A DNA stretch of 63,045 bases, the filler included, from Choristocarpus tenellus KU-1152 (Eukaryota > Protista > Phaeophyceae), in assembly GCA_964200185.2 (NCBI GenBank). It is 9 parts of 9 records of this genome, joined end to end, with 100 filler letters (N's around TTAATTAATTAA, not from the genome) between each part and the next. Parts side by side here need not be neighbours in the genome. Positions count along the whole stretch, not along the records: positions 27,769 to 39,625 come from CAXNAD020002099.1; positions 39,726 to 43,335 come from CAXNAD020018969.1; positions 43,436 to 46,193 come from CAXNAD020024999.1; positions 46,294 to 49,525 come from CAXNAD020021368.1; positions 49,626 to 53,877 come from CAXNAD020015474.1; 4 more parts are not named here. The stretch is one strand, 5' to 3'. Of this stretch, positions 39,240 to 51,673 are shown one piece after another; position 1 is the first letter of the stretch, and every line of letters starts with the position of its first letter. The notes under the pieces are model-generated. The model made no database searches. It had not been told where the DNA came from and was given only the letters and a program-made list of their open reading frames with translations. Made by a program: the position numbers and the translations under genes.

Positions 39240-39415
39240 TTTTGTCACAATTAATGTACTGTCGTTTAGTACTGAGTACATTTTGTCACATTTAATGTGA
39301 TGTCATTTAGTACTGAGTACATTTTGTCACATTTAATGTGATGTCATTTAGTACTGAGTACATTTTGTCGCATTTAATGTGATGTCATTTAGTACTGAGT
39401 ACAGTTTTTGTCACA
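39240..39415. repeat. 41-bp tandem repeat x4+ with internal palindromes
   Basis: Unit TTTTGTCACATTTAATGTGATGTCATTTAGTACTGAGTACA at 39240, 39281, 39322 and 39363. Confidence 0.9.
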
Positions 39416-39725
39416 TCAAGACGGCAGGACCCTAAATGTTTTTCTTTTTCTCCTATTAAATGGGTCAAAATATTGGAGGAGCGAGTCTTGAGTAGTGTTG
39501 TCATTCTTTTTTTTTTATATTCTCATTATTTTTTTATATTCTCATATATTTTTTTCTCAGTTGGATCAGCTTGTACATCGCCAGCAGTGGATTGATACCC
39601 ATTATTATTTGGTGGGGAGGGGGGGNNNNNNNNNNNNNNNNNNNNNNNNNNNNNNNNNNNNNNNNNNNNTTAATTAATTAANNNNNNNNNNNNNNNNNNN
39701 NNNNNNNNNNNNNNNNNNNNNNNNN

Positions 39726-39783
39726 GCCAAGCCCCAAATGGACAAACAGGGTAAAAATCGTTCCCTCTAAGATACTTTCACTC
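39726..39783 (+). mobile_element. MITE subfamily A right end at contig start
   Basis: gccccaaatggacaaacaggg...ctctaagatactttcactc. Confidence 0.8.
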
Positions 39784-40272
39784 ACAGAAAAAAAAAACTA
39801 CACAAGAGGTATCATGGAGGGGTACCACTGGCTACATTTGTAATGTAACCGCTGATGCGTTGTGGCCTGCAAGATTCACTCATTCGAGAGTGATCAAATA
39901 TGCCCAAAAATTCTCGTAAGAACCCCCCCCCCCTACTTCTAACAACAATTTTTTACCTTTCACCAAGAGAGTGACAGCTTCTCAGTCCGATCAGAACAAT
40001 GACAGAGCGGTCTTCAACACAAACTTTCAATCTTAGTTAGGTCTTCAACATAAACCTCCAATCTCGGTTAGGTCTTCAATACAGAATCGGGAAATTCTCA
40101 ATCTTGTGCTCCAAACTAGATAAGAAACCTTGCTGATTAACCCTATAAAACCTTCCCTGCCCCTCCCCTGATCCCTACAATGAATGCACTTATCACCAAC
40201 AAGGACCACACATGACAACAAACACCACCTCCTGCATACAGTACCAAGTACCAGAGGTGAGGCGCAACATAC

Positions 40273-40413
40273 CTCTCCTGGTGGAGGACCTGATCTTGCA
40301 TTACACTGCACACTGAAACCCTGCGATACAATGTAGTGGTACCAGAAGCTCGGAATGTAGAGCAATTCCCCTGCCTTGACAACAGTCTCCACTGAGTTCA
40401 CCTCAGTAAAGCC
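40273..40413 (-). CDS. JmjC / Cupin_8 domain exon (partial gene)
   Basis: 141-nt AG/GT-bounded exon encodes GFTEVNSVETVVKAGELLYIPSFWYHYIVS..., matching the JmjC G(D/E)xLYIPxxWxH motif. Confidence 0.8.
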
Positions 40414-41680
40414 CTGCATTATTTATTTGGAAGGCGACATAATCGATATATTGCCAGGGACTTCATTAATTTGGAAGGTGACAAAACCTCTGACCCCAGG
40501 AGATAGCACGAGAATAGCAGAGCTTTGAACAACCCGTACTCTACTGAAGTTTGCACCGATGTGGATCAATAGTACAAGGCTTAGCGCAGAACTAAATCAG
40601 CAGTGTGGAGGGATATCATCAACATCATCAACTACCAGGGGGGCTTTGTGAAAAGATGGTCAACATATCCACACCACATCAGAGATAATGGAGGCATACA
40701 GCTGTGGCAGGTAGACGCAAAAAGTATTTCACACGAAAATCCAAACAAGAAGAAACAGGGATCACAATGCCAAATCATGTCAACCACAGTAAGAGCAAAC
40801 CAAGGGCAGGAAGGGCAAGCCAAAAAGAAGTGTTAGGGAACGGAAGGGAGGGAGGCACTGGTGTGGGGGAGGGGGACTCGAGATTGCCAACCAGGGCCGC
40901 CAACTCTCTACCACACACTGAAACATATCGATTGGGTCAAATCTCCATTCTAACCCTAACCCTAAGACTGCCAACGATGCTACGGAAAAGCCAAACCCTA
41001 ACCTTAATCAAGTACGACAAACAAGTAACTCAACACAAAAAAAGAAAAAATATACATTTTTTGGTGCCTCAGCTGCTTCGGAACCTTTTTTATACCCTAT
41101 GTATATATACATACGGCATGGAGAATCTAAGATTCAAGAAGCGATAGATCCTCAACTAATTAAACCTCATGCCCACTAACTACCCCGAGACCCTCTTCAC
41201 CTTGGTAGGGATGAAGGGAGGGTCCAGATATAGGGCATACACATCAAAACAGTAGAGCATTATTTTATTTTTTAAATAAAACAAAACAAAACAAAACAAA
41301 ATAAAATAAATGTGGGGTGGACCACACACATCCTACTGCAGTAGAATTTCCGATTTAAAAAAAAAACACTTTTCACTCAACCAATTTCTCTCTTAACATG
41401 TATGCGATGTCCAACCTTCAAAAAATAAAAATAAAAACACGTAAGTTTCAGGACCCTAGAACAATCCGAGCGCTTGACTGCTCTACAGGCCAACCTGCAG
41501 GGTAAGGGTAAGGGTAAGGGTTAGGGTTAGGAGTGCAGGATTTTCGAAGGGACTCCGGGAACAGATCTCCCACAACACCCATTGGCCTGGGGTGTTTCAA
41601 AAATAGAAGCAAACTCAGGTGGAACCCTGCACAAATACTCTGCACCAATCAAAACACAAGGTGGAGGTGATGACGAGCTT

Positions 41681-41823
41681 ACAACAAAGCACACTATAAA
41701 TAATTTCACAATAAACTCTACAACAAAGCACACTATAAAATAATTTCACAATAAACTCTACAACAAAAGCACCACCATAAAAATAATTTCACAATTAACT
41801 TCACAACAAAAGCACACCATAAA
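41681..41823. repeat. ~40-bp tandem repeat x3.5
   Basis: acaacaaagcacactataaataatttcacaataaactct repeated. Confidence 0.85.
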
Positions 41824-44519
41824 AGACTTCATAGACAACACCCACAGCGCAATTCGACTACTTCCACAGCGCCCATAGATCTACCGATCAGGCCAGTCCA
41901 TCACACCCGAACTAGGATCTCTCTGGTCCATGCTCTGGATTGAACCTTTCGGAAGTCCCTAGTTAAACCCTGGACTGGATTTTCGGCTAGCACTAGCAAC
42001 TGTGCAATGGTCCAGATCAAACTTCTCACGAACCATAGTGGACCAGGGTTCAGACCTTCCAACACACCAGTACCAACCGGTCCCCCGTTCAGACCAGTGG
42101 TACTGGTTCTTTCAGAAACACGTGGTACTGGTTCAGCTTTCAACATTTCTGTAGACCAGTGCAGGAGATGGCCATCAAAAATGTTCTTGCAATTAATTGT
42201 AGTGATTGCATTGTTAAAGATCAACTCAACAATATCGACATTGAAAATCAAGGGTTAGGGTTTAATTGGATAAAGGTGATCTACGCCACAGACCTCACTT
42301 CCTGCACTACCCACATATTTTCAGTTGCAGTCAACTCTATCGATTCATTCATAGCTGTTTCAATATATATATATATATTCACAAAAACTTTGGACTAAAA
42401 AACAAAACAAAAAATTAATGCACAAACCCCATTATTAGAATTGAAACTGAATGTATAGGTCCATTGATTCACTTCTAGCCGATTCCATTAAAAAAATAAT
42501 AATAATAATAATATATATATATATATACTAAAAAAAATCGCATCAACACACAGTAACTTAGTAAAATAATAAAAAGAAAAAGAGTCGGAACATATTCCGA
42601 CAGCTTCCACGATGAGTGATATATATAGCAAAAGCAAAAGACCGGTCCTACCAACCAGGTCGGTTCTTTGTTTCATTCCATTCCATTAGGAGTCGTACCA
42701 GGCCTGTCACGAGATGGACTGGACCTGTCACAAACCATTGTAGGTGACCTTTCAAAAAACAGAAGCAACAGGTTGGAGGTCTGCACTGGACCTCTCACGA
42801 ACCTCCACGGCTTGGGAGCAAGATAGACCTTTCCCAACTCCAGTAAGTTGGACCACAGTCCAAAACCATCGGGTCCAAGACATCGTCAAAGATCCAGGAG
42901 TGACTCGAAAAAGGTGAACACGATTAAGAAAACTCCAAGGCATTCAAAAGAACAGTAAAAAAAAACAAAAAAAACAACAACAACAAAAACGCTCGGGATA
43001 AATTTCCAATGCCCAAGACAAGCACGCACCTGGACTGGCCCTACAAACCAGACAGACACGCTCATCCCACTTGAACTGGTCTGGGATTACATACACCGGT
43101 CCACAGTCCAGACAGGACCTTCCCTGAACCCCATTGGCCCAGAGGACCTTCCACAAACCATAGTACAGAAGCCCACCCCTGTACATGACACAAACCATAG
43201 TACATGGCAGGCGGACAAATTCCCACCCCCGCAAACATACAGGCAACTGATCCAAACGCCTGTACCAATCCTCCTACAAACCTCTGACCCCCCCCAACCT
43301 AAACCAAGCAAAACTTCCCTGTCCATCCACATCCCNNNNNNNNNNNNNNNNNNNNNNNNNNNNNNNNNNNNNNNNNNNNTTAATTAATTAANNNNNNNNN
43401 NNNNNNNNNNNNNNNNNNNNNNNNNNNNNNNNNNNTTCGTAGACTGTTGCGGAGGCGAGTTCTGAGTAAAAAAAAAAAAGGTATGGGGTGGTATGTTTAG
43501 CACAATCGAGTTGCTTTGCATGCCTTGTGGCTTGTTTTGCGGGTGTGGTTTCGTTTTTGCTTTGGTGTGTGGATTTCATGGCAGAGGGGGCTGCTAGTTT
43601 TGGTCCAATAGAGTCTGTGCATGATGGCATGCAAGGGTAGGCTTTTAAAGTTGCAAGTTGCTACAAGCACCCTGCAACTAAATCCCATCTTGACTTAAGT
43701 CTTTTTTTTTTTTGTGCGTGAACACCTGTTTTCCCATCCATGCTGGACTTTACCAAGTACTGGTGAAAATGTACTTGAACACAGCTGGCAAACAAAGTCA
43801 TGATAAGCTCATTCCTGTATACCACATCAAGGAGGGTGTTGGTGAATAAAGAAGGTAGTAGAGACCGTGTCTGTAAGCCCAAGGTTTCCCACCAAGTAAC
43901 TGAGGCACAGGGCGCATTCTGCCCCCTGATGTGCCCCACCCACGCTGTTGTATTACGTACTGGGGGTTACTGGAATTTTAAAGACTTCTTACCTGCCTCT
44001 GGGCATAGCATAGTAGATTAACGTTTTATTGCTTGTACTTTTTGTTTTATCTTTTTATGGGTTAACTGTTAATCCTCTCCTTGTGGACTCTGCCCGGAGT
44101 GTGTGTATCTTTCCAGCACCTAACACCATAGTATGATGAATGTTGAGAGTTTATACATTTTGACTGCTTCTCGTTCTTGCCCACCAGCCCTTTCTTTTAT
44201 ATGGGTAGAATTGCAGGTACGATAGGGGTAGGCAAGTCAATTGTTGGGGAATTATTGAGTGAGAGTGTAGCCAAGCCTTGTTCCACAAAGAAGCCCCTAC
44301 TGTAAGGATTCCAGAGACTACGTACGTATGTACTGTATAATGCCAAGTGCAAAGTAAAACGGTGGGCCTATCTGCCACAGTATGTCTGTCTATATAAGTT
44401 ACCAGAATGCCAGTACACATTTGTGTGCTCAAACTATTTGTGGTCTCCACCTATCTATGTGTCCTTGGTTACCTGCAGGCTGTGCTGACTCTTACAGGCT
44501 ACATCTTAGCACTGTTACT

Positions 44520-44777
44520 GAGTCAAAGTATCTTAGTGGGTAGAGTCGCGTCCGTTTGGGGTCCAAAATCCAATGTTGCGATTTTGACGTAATTTTGGCT
44601 ATCGTGTTTGTTAGGGATTGTCAATATCCTTGCTCCCGACACACCTTTTCATAACATACAAATTTACCTACCCCGAAATATTTTGGAGTAGGAAAATGTC
44701 ATAAAAAAACTCATGGGAAGCCAAGCCCCAAAAGGACAAACAGGACAAAACTCGTACCCTCGAAGATACTTTCACAC
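44520..44777 (+). mobile_element. MITE subfamily A, full copy, TSD TACT
   Basis: GAGTCAAAGTATC...GATACTTTCACAC, flanked by TACT at 44516-44519 and 44778-44781. Confidence 0.9.
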
Positions 44778-46293
44778 TACTGGGGGTTTCGGTATTTTCC
44801 GTGGGCTCGATGCCTCATAAATATATTGATCAGTAAATTAGAACACATTAGGTTGAATGCATGATGCAATGATGCCTTTAAGTTCCCTCCGTGATAACAT
44901 ATCTTGGGAGGAGGTTCATAAGGGCACCCCCACTCACACTAACTATTCTAACCCTTACCCTAACACCCCTTAAGAAAATCCAGAATCAATGTCATAATAA
45001 TAATACCAAATATGAGTTGGATGTGGAGCTGTAAACAACCTAAGCACCTACATACACCTCTCGCAAATTTTTATATTATATCTGTTCTTTTTCTGTAAAA
45101 TGTCAGTAGTGTTGCCTTCAATCACACAGTCAGGGATACAGCGACAGCATTCCTATCGTTATTACTATTATCACATTGGCCTGAGGGATCCCAGAACTGT
45201 GGTCGAAAAGTAGTCCAAAGAGCCAATATACTCTACTGGTTGAGAAAAAGTAACAAGGGTCAAAAAAAAAAAATGAAAGAAAATAAAACGAAGAATAGAA
45301 CCCACACGAGAAAAACAATAGGGGAAGAGAAGAAAGTGAACAAAGGATGCAAGAGAAAGCTTTCAAAGAACAACATTCAGCAGAAAGTAATGGCAGTGGT
45401 GGTGTTGGTGGCTTGGGCAACCTTAAGTGCTGCTTTAGTGTGAAATACAATAGTATCACAGCTTCCTTGGAATACTGTTTGATCATGAACGCCATTGTGC
45501 GGTTAGTCACACACTCATACCACTCCTGTTGGTTAGTAACACTCATGTTGCAAACCTTGAAAAACATTCTTTCCTGAACTTGTCAAGATCGTCTTGGAGA
45601 CATGTCTAACAGTTCTTCTCCTGTCCGCCTTGTTTCCATTTTCCATTCACAAGCTCCCCAAACATTATACTTTTGGGAAGTCGCCCATTCCATATACAAG
45701 CAACTGACCCACCAAATAAGAGTCTCCGCTTGCACACCGTTGCCTGGATACTCTGACACCCAATCTGTCGAATAACCTAGTGTTATCCTTACGTTTTACT
45801 TGCTGATACAAGTATATAATATAGTTTCATGCATGTTTCTCTTTAGTTCAGTACAATACAAAGTAGTAATGTACATAGCGGTATGATGGGTCAGTCTTTG
45901 GTCATATGTCAGAGATAATTGATGGCGCAGACAAAGGCCCAGCGGATATAATTAATATTCAGTGTATGCCATTGGGAAAGGTTTCTCAGGTTAGACAAGG
46001 ATATTTGTTGACCTGTTTTGGGGCTAGTTGGAGTTATATATACATTTTAAATAAAAGTATATACTCTTACTTGGTCAGTCATATATTGATCTTGACTGTG
46101 CCTTACGACTTTTGAGGATCCGTTCTCTAAGGAAACGAGGGGATTGTTGATCATTGTTGGAATCCATGGTTAATTTGGAACTGGAGTCTCTATNNNNNNN
46201 NNNNNNNNNNNNNNNNNNNNNNNNNNNNNNNNNNNNNTTAATTAATTAANNNNNNNNNNNNNNNNNNNNNNNNNNNNNNNNNNNNNNNNNNNN

Positions 46294-49000
46294 GCCTTGG
46301 TTGGTCATCAGAGTTATGGTGGCTGGAAATCAGTGGCAAAAGGGGTTCGCCCTGGTTGGTCATCAGATGGAAGGGGTGACTGGAAATCAGGGGCGAATGG
46401 GGGTTCGCCCGGGTTGGTCATCAGATGGAAGGGGTGACTAGAAATCAGTGGCAAAAGGGGTTTGCCTTGGTTGGTCATCAGAGTTATGGTGGCTGGAAAT
46501 CAGTGCCAAAAAGGGTTTGCCCTGGTTGTTCATCAGAGGTGCAGTGGCTGGAAATCAGTGGCGAAGAGGTCGCACTGGTTGGTCACAAGGGTTTGTTAGA
46601 ACGGGGGGAGAAGAGGAATAGGGAGGAATGCAAACATAGAAGTAAAATAATTATAATAATAATCCAGAATTCGTGAGCAAAACAAATCGTGTAATATCAT
46701 GCATATATTTTTGATTAATAGGGGGTAGATTTAGAACAGGTAAAATAAAGTATCAATCATTCAATAACATTATTTTCTTCTCGTGTAGAAGTAGCTTCGA
46801 AATATCATGAAAATCGTCCAAGATATCATGTTCTCGTTTTTTATTGATATGAGGTAAACACTAAACAGGTCACAATTGGAACAAACCCGCCAAGTGGCTT
46901 CAATCAACGACAATCATGTAAGTTACCATCCTTGTGTTGTCTTGATTAATAGAGGTAAAGTGGTACCAGTAGCTTCGCCCTCTGGGGCTGTCCCGTCATA
47001 ACTTTTGATGTACACATCCGATTAAAAAAATAAAAGCATTTTCGTGATCCCCGTCACAAGGCCCTTTTCGCCATTTTTTTCCTTTTTTTGAATAAAGAGC
47101 TATCATATTGTGGTTCGAACCCCCTAGATTGCAGGTCACCAAGAGTGGCAACATATGCACTATTACTTGATTATAGTATAGGGTTTAGGCGGGAAAAAAG
47201 CCCCCCCACCCTTTCTTCCTCCTGTGTGTTCGCGCACCCACTATTTGACCTCGGCAAGGATGTCCTCGTTGACGCCCAGAACGAGACACCTCTCGTAGCG
47301 CCCTTGCTCCGGCACCTTGATGTGGCCCTTAGTTAGGAAGTCTCTCTTTCCCATTTACTCATAGTTTCCGCCTTGACCATCGCATATTCTCCTACCATCT
47401 CGAGCGCCGTTCAACGGTCTTTCCTTTTGTTCATACACATGTACTGGATTCGCAGAGTTAGAGCCTTGACTATCACATTTCCTTGTTGAGCGCTGGAGAT
47501 GAGCGTTGTCCATATTTCCTGGACGGGTGATATTTTATCATCAAGGCACAAGGGCGAGGAGGACAGGCTTGAGTTGATCGAAAATTGTGTTGATTTCTCG
47601 AATGAATGCAGGTTGGGAGAAAGCCTTAATCAACTTTGTACATCCAACCCCAAGTCCAGGAACAAAAGTGGATGTACGGCATCTTGCAAGAAGTGGGAGA
47701 CACCAAACCATCGGTGTGCAAATAGTCTCAATCTCACCTTCCTCTTCTTCCCTGACATCCTTGTCGATGGCTACCTCCACCTGCTTCGTGACCTCTTCTA
47801 AGTAAAGGATTTAGTAGCATCGAAAAGTCTCCACCGCTACTTTTGTTAGGATCGCTTTCTCCTCCACCTTGCGAGCTCTTTCGACATTCTTTCGGGCTTC
47901 AGAGCCCTTGCAGCCCAACCCTAACACCTTCTTTCTCGTTTCCTTAAGCCACTCCGGCTCGCACTACTTCCAAACAGCCTGGGTCTGCTGTAACTGTTGA
48001 CTACTAAGATATTCTACACCTGGGTTTTCGCTTTGGCGTTTCCTGAGCGCAATGGTACACAGTCACACTGCTCTCTTCCCCAACCTTCCCTTCGCCCGCA
48101 ATGGGCAGTCACTGTGGTTGTCCCTTCGCCCGCCGCGACCAGGCTTCCCCGCAGAATTCGTCACTGTACCTCCTGGTGATGGACTCGCTGCTCTCTTCCT
48201 GTTTTCCCGAAGTGGCAGAGACTGCAGAGCAGTTCTCCGTCGTGGTTGAAGACTCAACCACGTTTGTGTGGTAATGCTTTCAATGCATCTTCTCTCAGCG
48301 TCAGTGTTGCGACTGCGTGGTCCATTTCACGATTTGATCATGCTGCTGCGTCATGCTACTTGCACTTTTTCGTCACCTAACATCGCACTGAGTTTCACAC
48401 GGTACTTGTTTTTCCGACCCCTCTCGACAGAGAAGGTGCCAAGGGTAGATTCAGAGGGCAGAGTGGCCTCGGTGACTCTCCTTGTCTCACCATCGTGGTT
48501 CATGTTGTTCTGTAAGTCACGTGTGTGTGCTCACAGAAAGTCTGCAAAAGGCGTTAGAACGATGTCCGAATAAAAAGATGTCTGGAAATATTTTTTTCTG
48601 TTTTTTTTTCGGTAGGGCCGCACCAGTCAAACTTGGGCAGTGGCCTACCCCGGACCAGTTTTCTCCAGGGAGTTCAGCCAACACTTCATTTTCGTACGTT
48701 TGTTTTGCTCACGAATTCTGGATTATTATTATTATTTGCCCATTCCTAATTTGCCATTCCTCTATTCTCTATTCCCCTTTTGATGGCCAACCATTGCGAA
48801 TGCCCTTCGTCAATGATTGCCAGCCATCCCACATTTGATGACCAACCAGTGTGAATGCCCTTCGTCACTGATTGCCAGCCATCCCCCACATTCGATGACC
48901 AAACCGTGCGAATGCCCTTCGTCACTGATTGCCAGCCATCCCCCACATTCGATGACCAAACCGTGCGAATGCCCTTCGTCACTGCTTGCCAGCCATCCGT
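46294..49000 (-). mobile_element. Defective TIR DNA transposon with long TIRs built of ~57-60-bp tandem units and a decayed transposase-like ORF
   Basis: The array at 46294-46590 is the reverse complement of the array at ~48785-48998. The inner unique segment aataataatccagaattcgtgagcaaaacaaa (~46657-46686) is mirrored at ~48700-48732. The internal minus-strand relic ends TMSKWERDFLTKGHIKVPEQGRYER..LGVNEDILAEVK.WVREH, with stops and a frameshift. Confidence 0.65.
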
Positions 49001-49625
49001 TCAAGCCACACAAGTTACCACTCCCCTCAACCCCACAGCAGTTCTCACACCACTCAACACCCCTCCACAATCATCCAAGAACACCCCTTCATATCCACTT
49101 CAAACCGTGCCTTTGAGCTAGAAGACATCTACCCCGCCGTAACTTGACCTCCCCTCCCCTTTCGGGGTTGATTTCTTCTATCTCATCCCCGTTACCTCCT
49201 GACCTGGTTGTACCCAATCCTTCCTACTCTCTGCCAAGACCTTTGACACTGACACTGGGTCCTTCTGGTTTGCCCTTAATTACATTATAGAGGCCCTCGA
49301 CTTCCATCTTCCCTCCCGCTGTATTACTAATTCTGATACCCCCATGCTTGCAAATCTCGTGGCTCCCCCTATCCTAGCCGAATGCAAGGCGTACTCTTCT
49401 GGTCTTAGCCTAAGTTCTTTAACTATTCTCCTTAAGACATATGTTGCTCGTAATCACTCTCCATCCCCCTTCCTGCCTACCTGTCATCAGAGGGGCATCC
49501 GGGGGGAGTTCTGACCCAAAGTATCNNNNNNNNNNNNNNNNNNNNNNNNNNNNNNNNNNNNNNNNNNNNTTAATTAATTAANNNNNNNNNNNNNNNNNNN
49601 NNNNNNNNNNNNNNNNNNNNNNNNN

Positions 49626-50024
49626 TTTCAATCTCTTTCCATTCACCCGTTGACCAAAGTATCGGGGAGGAGGGGGGGGGGGGTCTACACCAGGGTGTCA
49701 TTTGGGCCAAAATCAGGAAAAGCGCTCTTACATTATCCATCCGGCGTATGCAACCAAATCACCCAAATATCGCGACATGAAAAAATTGACCCCAAATGGA
49801 CAGCTGCCACCCCCGCCCCCCAGATACTTTGAGCCCCATATTCTTATTATTTCTATGGACGAAGCTCAAAGTTTGACTTGAGAGCGTTTATTTCTCTGAA
49901 ATGTTTTAACACATTCAGAAAATATGCAAGACACAATCGGATTAAGAGTGGAATTTTGTACATACTGAGTATTTATCGGTATCCTTCAAAAGCAAATTTG
50001 GCCACCTCTCATTTACTATGACTC
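49626..50024. mobile_element. MITE subfamily C fragment carrying a nested subfamily B element (49651-49835)
   Basis: The flanks rejoin to match ~24960-25165. The B element TGACCAAAGTATC...GATACTTTGAGCC is flanked by CCGT/CCAT. The C element ends CATTTACTATGACTC at 50024. Confidence 0.8.
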
Positions 50025-51673
50025 AATGGTAGTATCTGAAGCACTATGATTCAACAAGTCAAAATATCAACATTGAAAAAAAAGGCTTAATTCATTTGAG
50101 AAGTTGGTTTCTTACATGTATCCACAACGCAAAATCTGCTGGAACTCTCTCACCATGCTTGGAACTCTGCATACCTCATTTTGGTCCAAATCTACAGCAG
50201 TTGCGGAATTCAAGTTGACCGACTAGTAACATAAATACCTCACTATATCAAAAGAACTTCAATTTAGACATGGGTATGGTATCACCAAGAAAAAAACTGT
50301 AGACTGAAAATGTGGAGTTATGTGTACTTTTCGGGGTAGAAGCATAACATCATATTGCTCCACAGGGTGTGGATTTCAAAGTTGGCAGAAATGTGAAAAT
50401 TCCAAAATAGTTTAGTATAGTCCGCCTCAAAAATGCACATGTTCATAGTATTGTCCTTTATATGTATATATGTGTGTTTATTTCAATAAGTTTTTGAGAC
50501 TGATCTCTGGCTTTGATCCTTGCAGAAGGAAAGCCCTTACGCTTTTGTACAATTGCTTGTACTACCCTGCGGGTTTTGAGTGTTCAGGACATGGAGGCTA
50601 TACATATTGACACGCCATAGGAATTACCTTATGTGAACATGTTAGTGTTGTGACTCCATGTGCCACTAAATGGTGATGCCAAGAGGACAGGATAAGAGCT
50701 CAAATAAAAGACCAAAAAATGTATCAAAGTAAAAAATTATAGTACCCAACGGATCCTGCATTGAGAAGCGGTTATTCTACAACAGGGTCCACGATTCTGC
50801 CAAGTAGATCTATTCCAACTGAATTGAATCCGTCTCACATAGCTGTGAACGTAGCTGATTAAATAGGGGATCTTCTCCACTACTCAGTCTGTAACCCACT
50901 CATCACTCCAAGAAAAAATGCACTTGCGTGTAACAATGTTGAGGTTTTTTAGGGTCACACAGAGATGGTCGTGGACTGTATATCTGACGATGATACTGCA
51001 ACAAGTAAATATATACTCAAGTATTTTCAACCTCTCTCAAAGTGTTAACCCTACCACCCTCCCTATCTGATCTCACAACAACAAGCAATACATAACGTTT
51101 TGTGGCACCATAAACTCAAAACTAACCCTAACCCTATCCTAGCTAGGGGTCACACACTGCATAGCACCACACACTCCTCATGCACAGCAATCTAATCACG
51201 TCTTGTGTCCAAGATATCATACCACTGTGATTTACAGCAATCCTTCCCGTCAAAGGGTAAGCACATTGGCCTTGGAAAATGTACTAGCATAGTGATACGT
51301 TACTCAACCTCGCTCTAGAAACACAATTGCAATCTAGGTCTTGGTTTTTGATCATGTGCGTTTGGTGGGGGTCGATCATCCGGTTCTTCTCCCTTCATAA
51401 TATACAAAGATTTTTGAGCCCAAGAGGTCACCCGCCACAGTAATCATGATCCAAGCTCTGTCCAAAAAAATGCTACAGACCTCTCTATTAATCTCCTTGC
51501 TCAAAGTTCAATTTCTAAAAGTACGATCAAACCAAATGCCAACAGACTGTTGCAGGGATTTTCAACACATTGGGAAGTATTAAGCTAGGACACAGCTTCC
51601 TTGTACGTACAAAGGGGAATATATAATTGCATATGACATCTATGACAAAGGCCATGCCTCATGATAGACTTAC

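Noticed and set aside
39240-39415. Palindromic ~41-bp repeats as a CRISPR array
   Set aside because: The units are contiguous with no unique spacers, there are no cas genes, and the context is eukaryotic.
46294-46590. Repeat with variable internal segments as CRISPR-like
   Set aside because: The variable parts recur (A/B/B/A) and the array is mirrored at 48.8-49.0 kb, so it belongs to a TIR.
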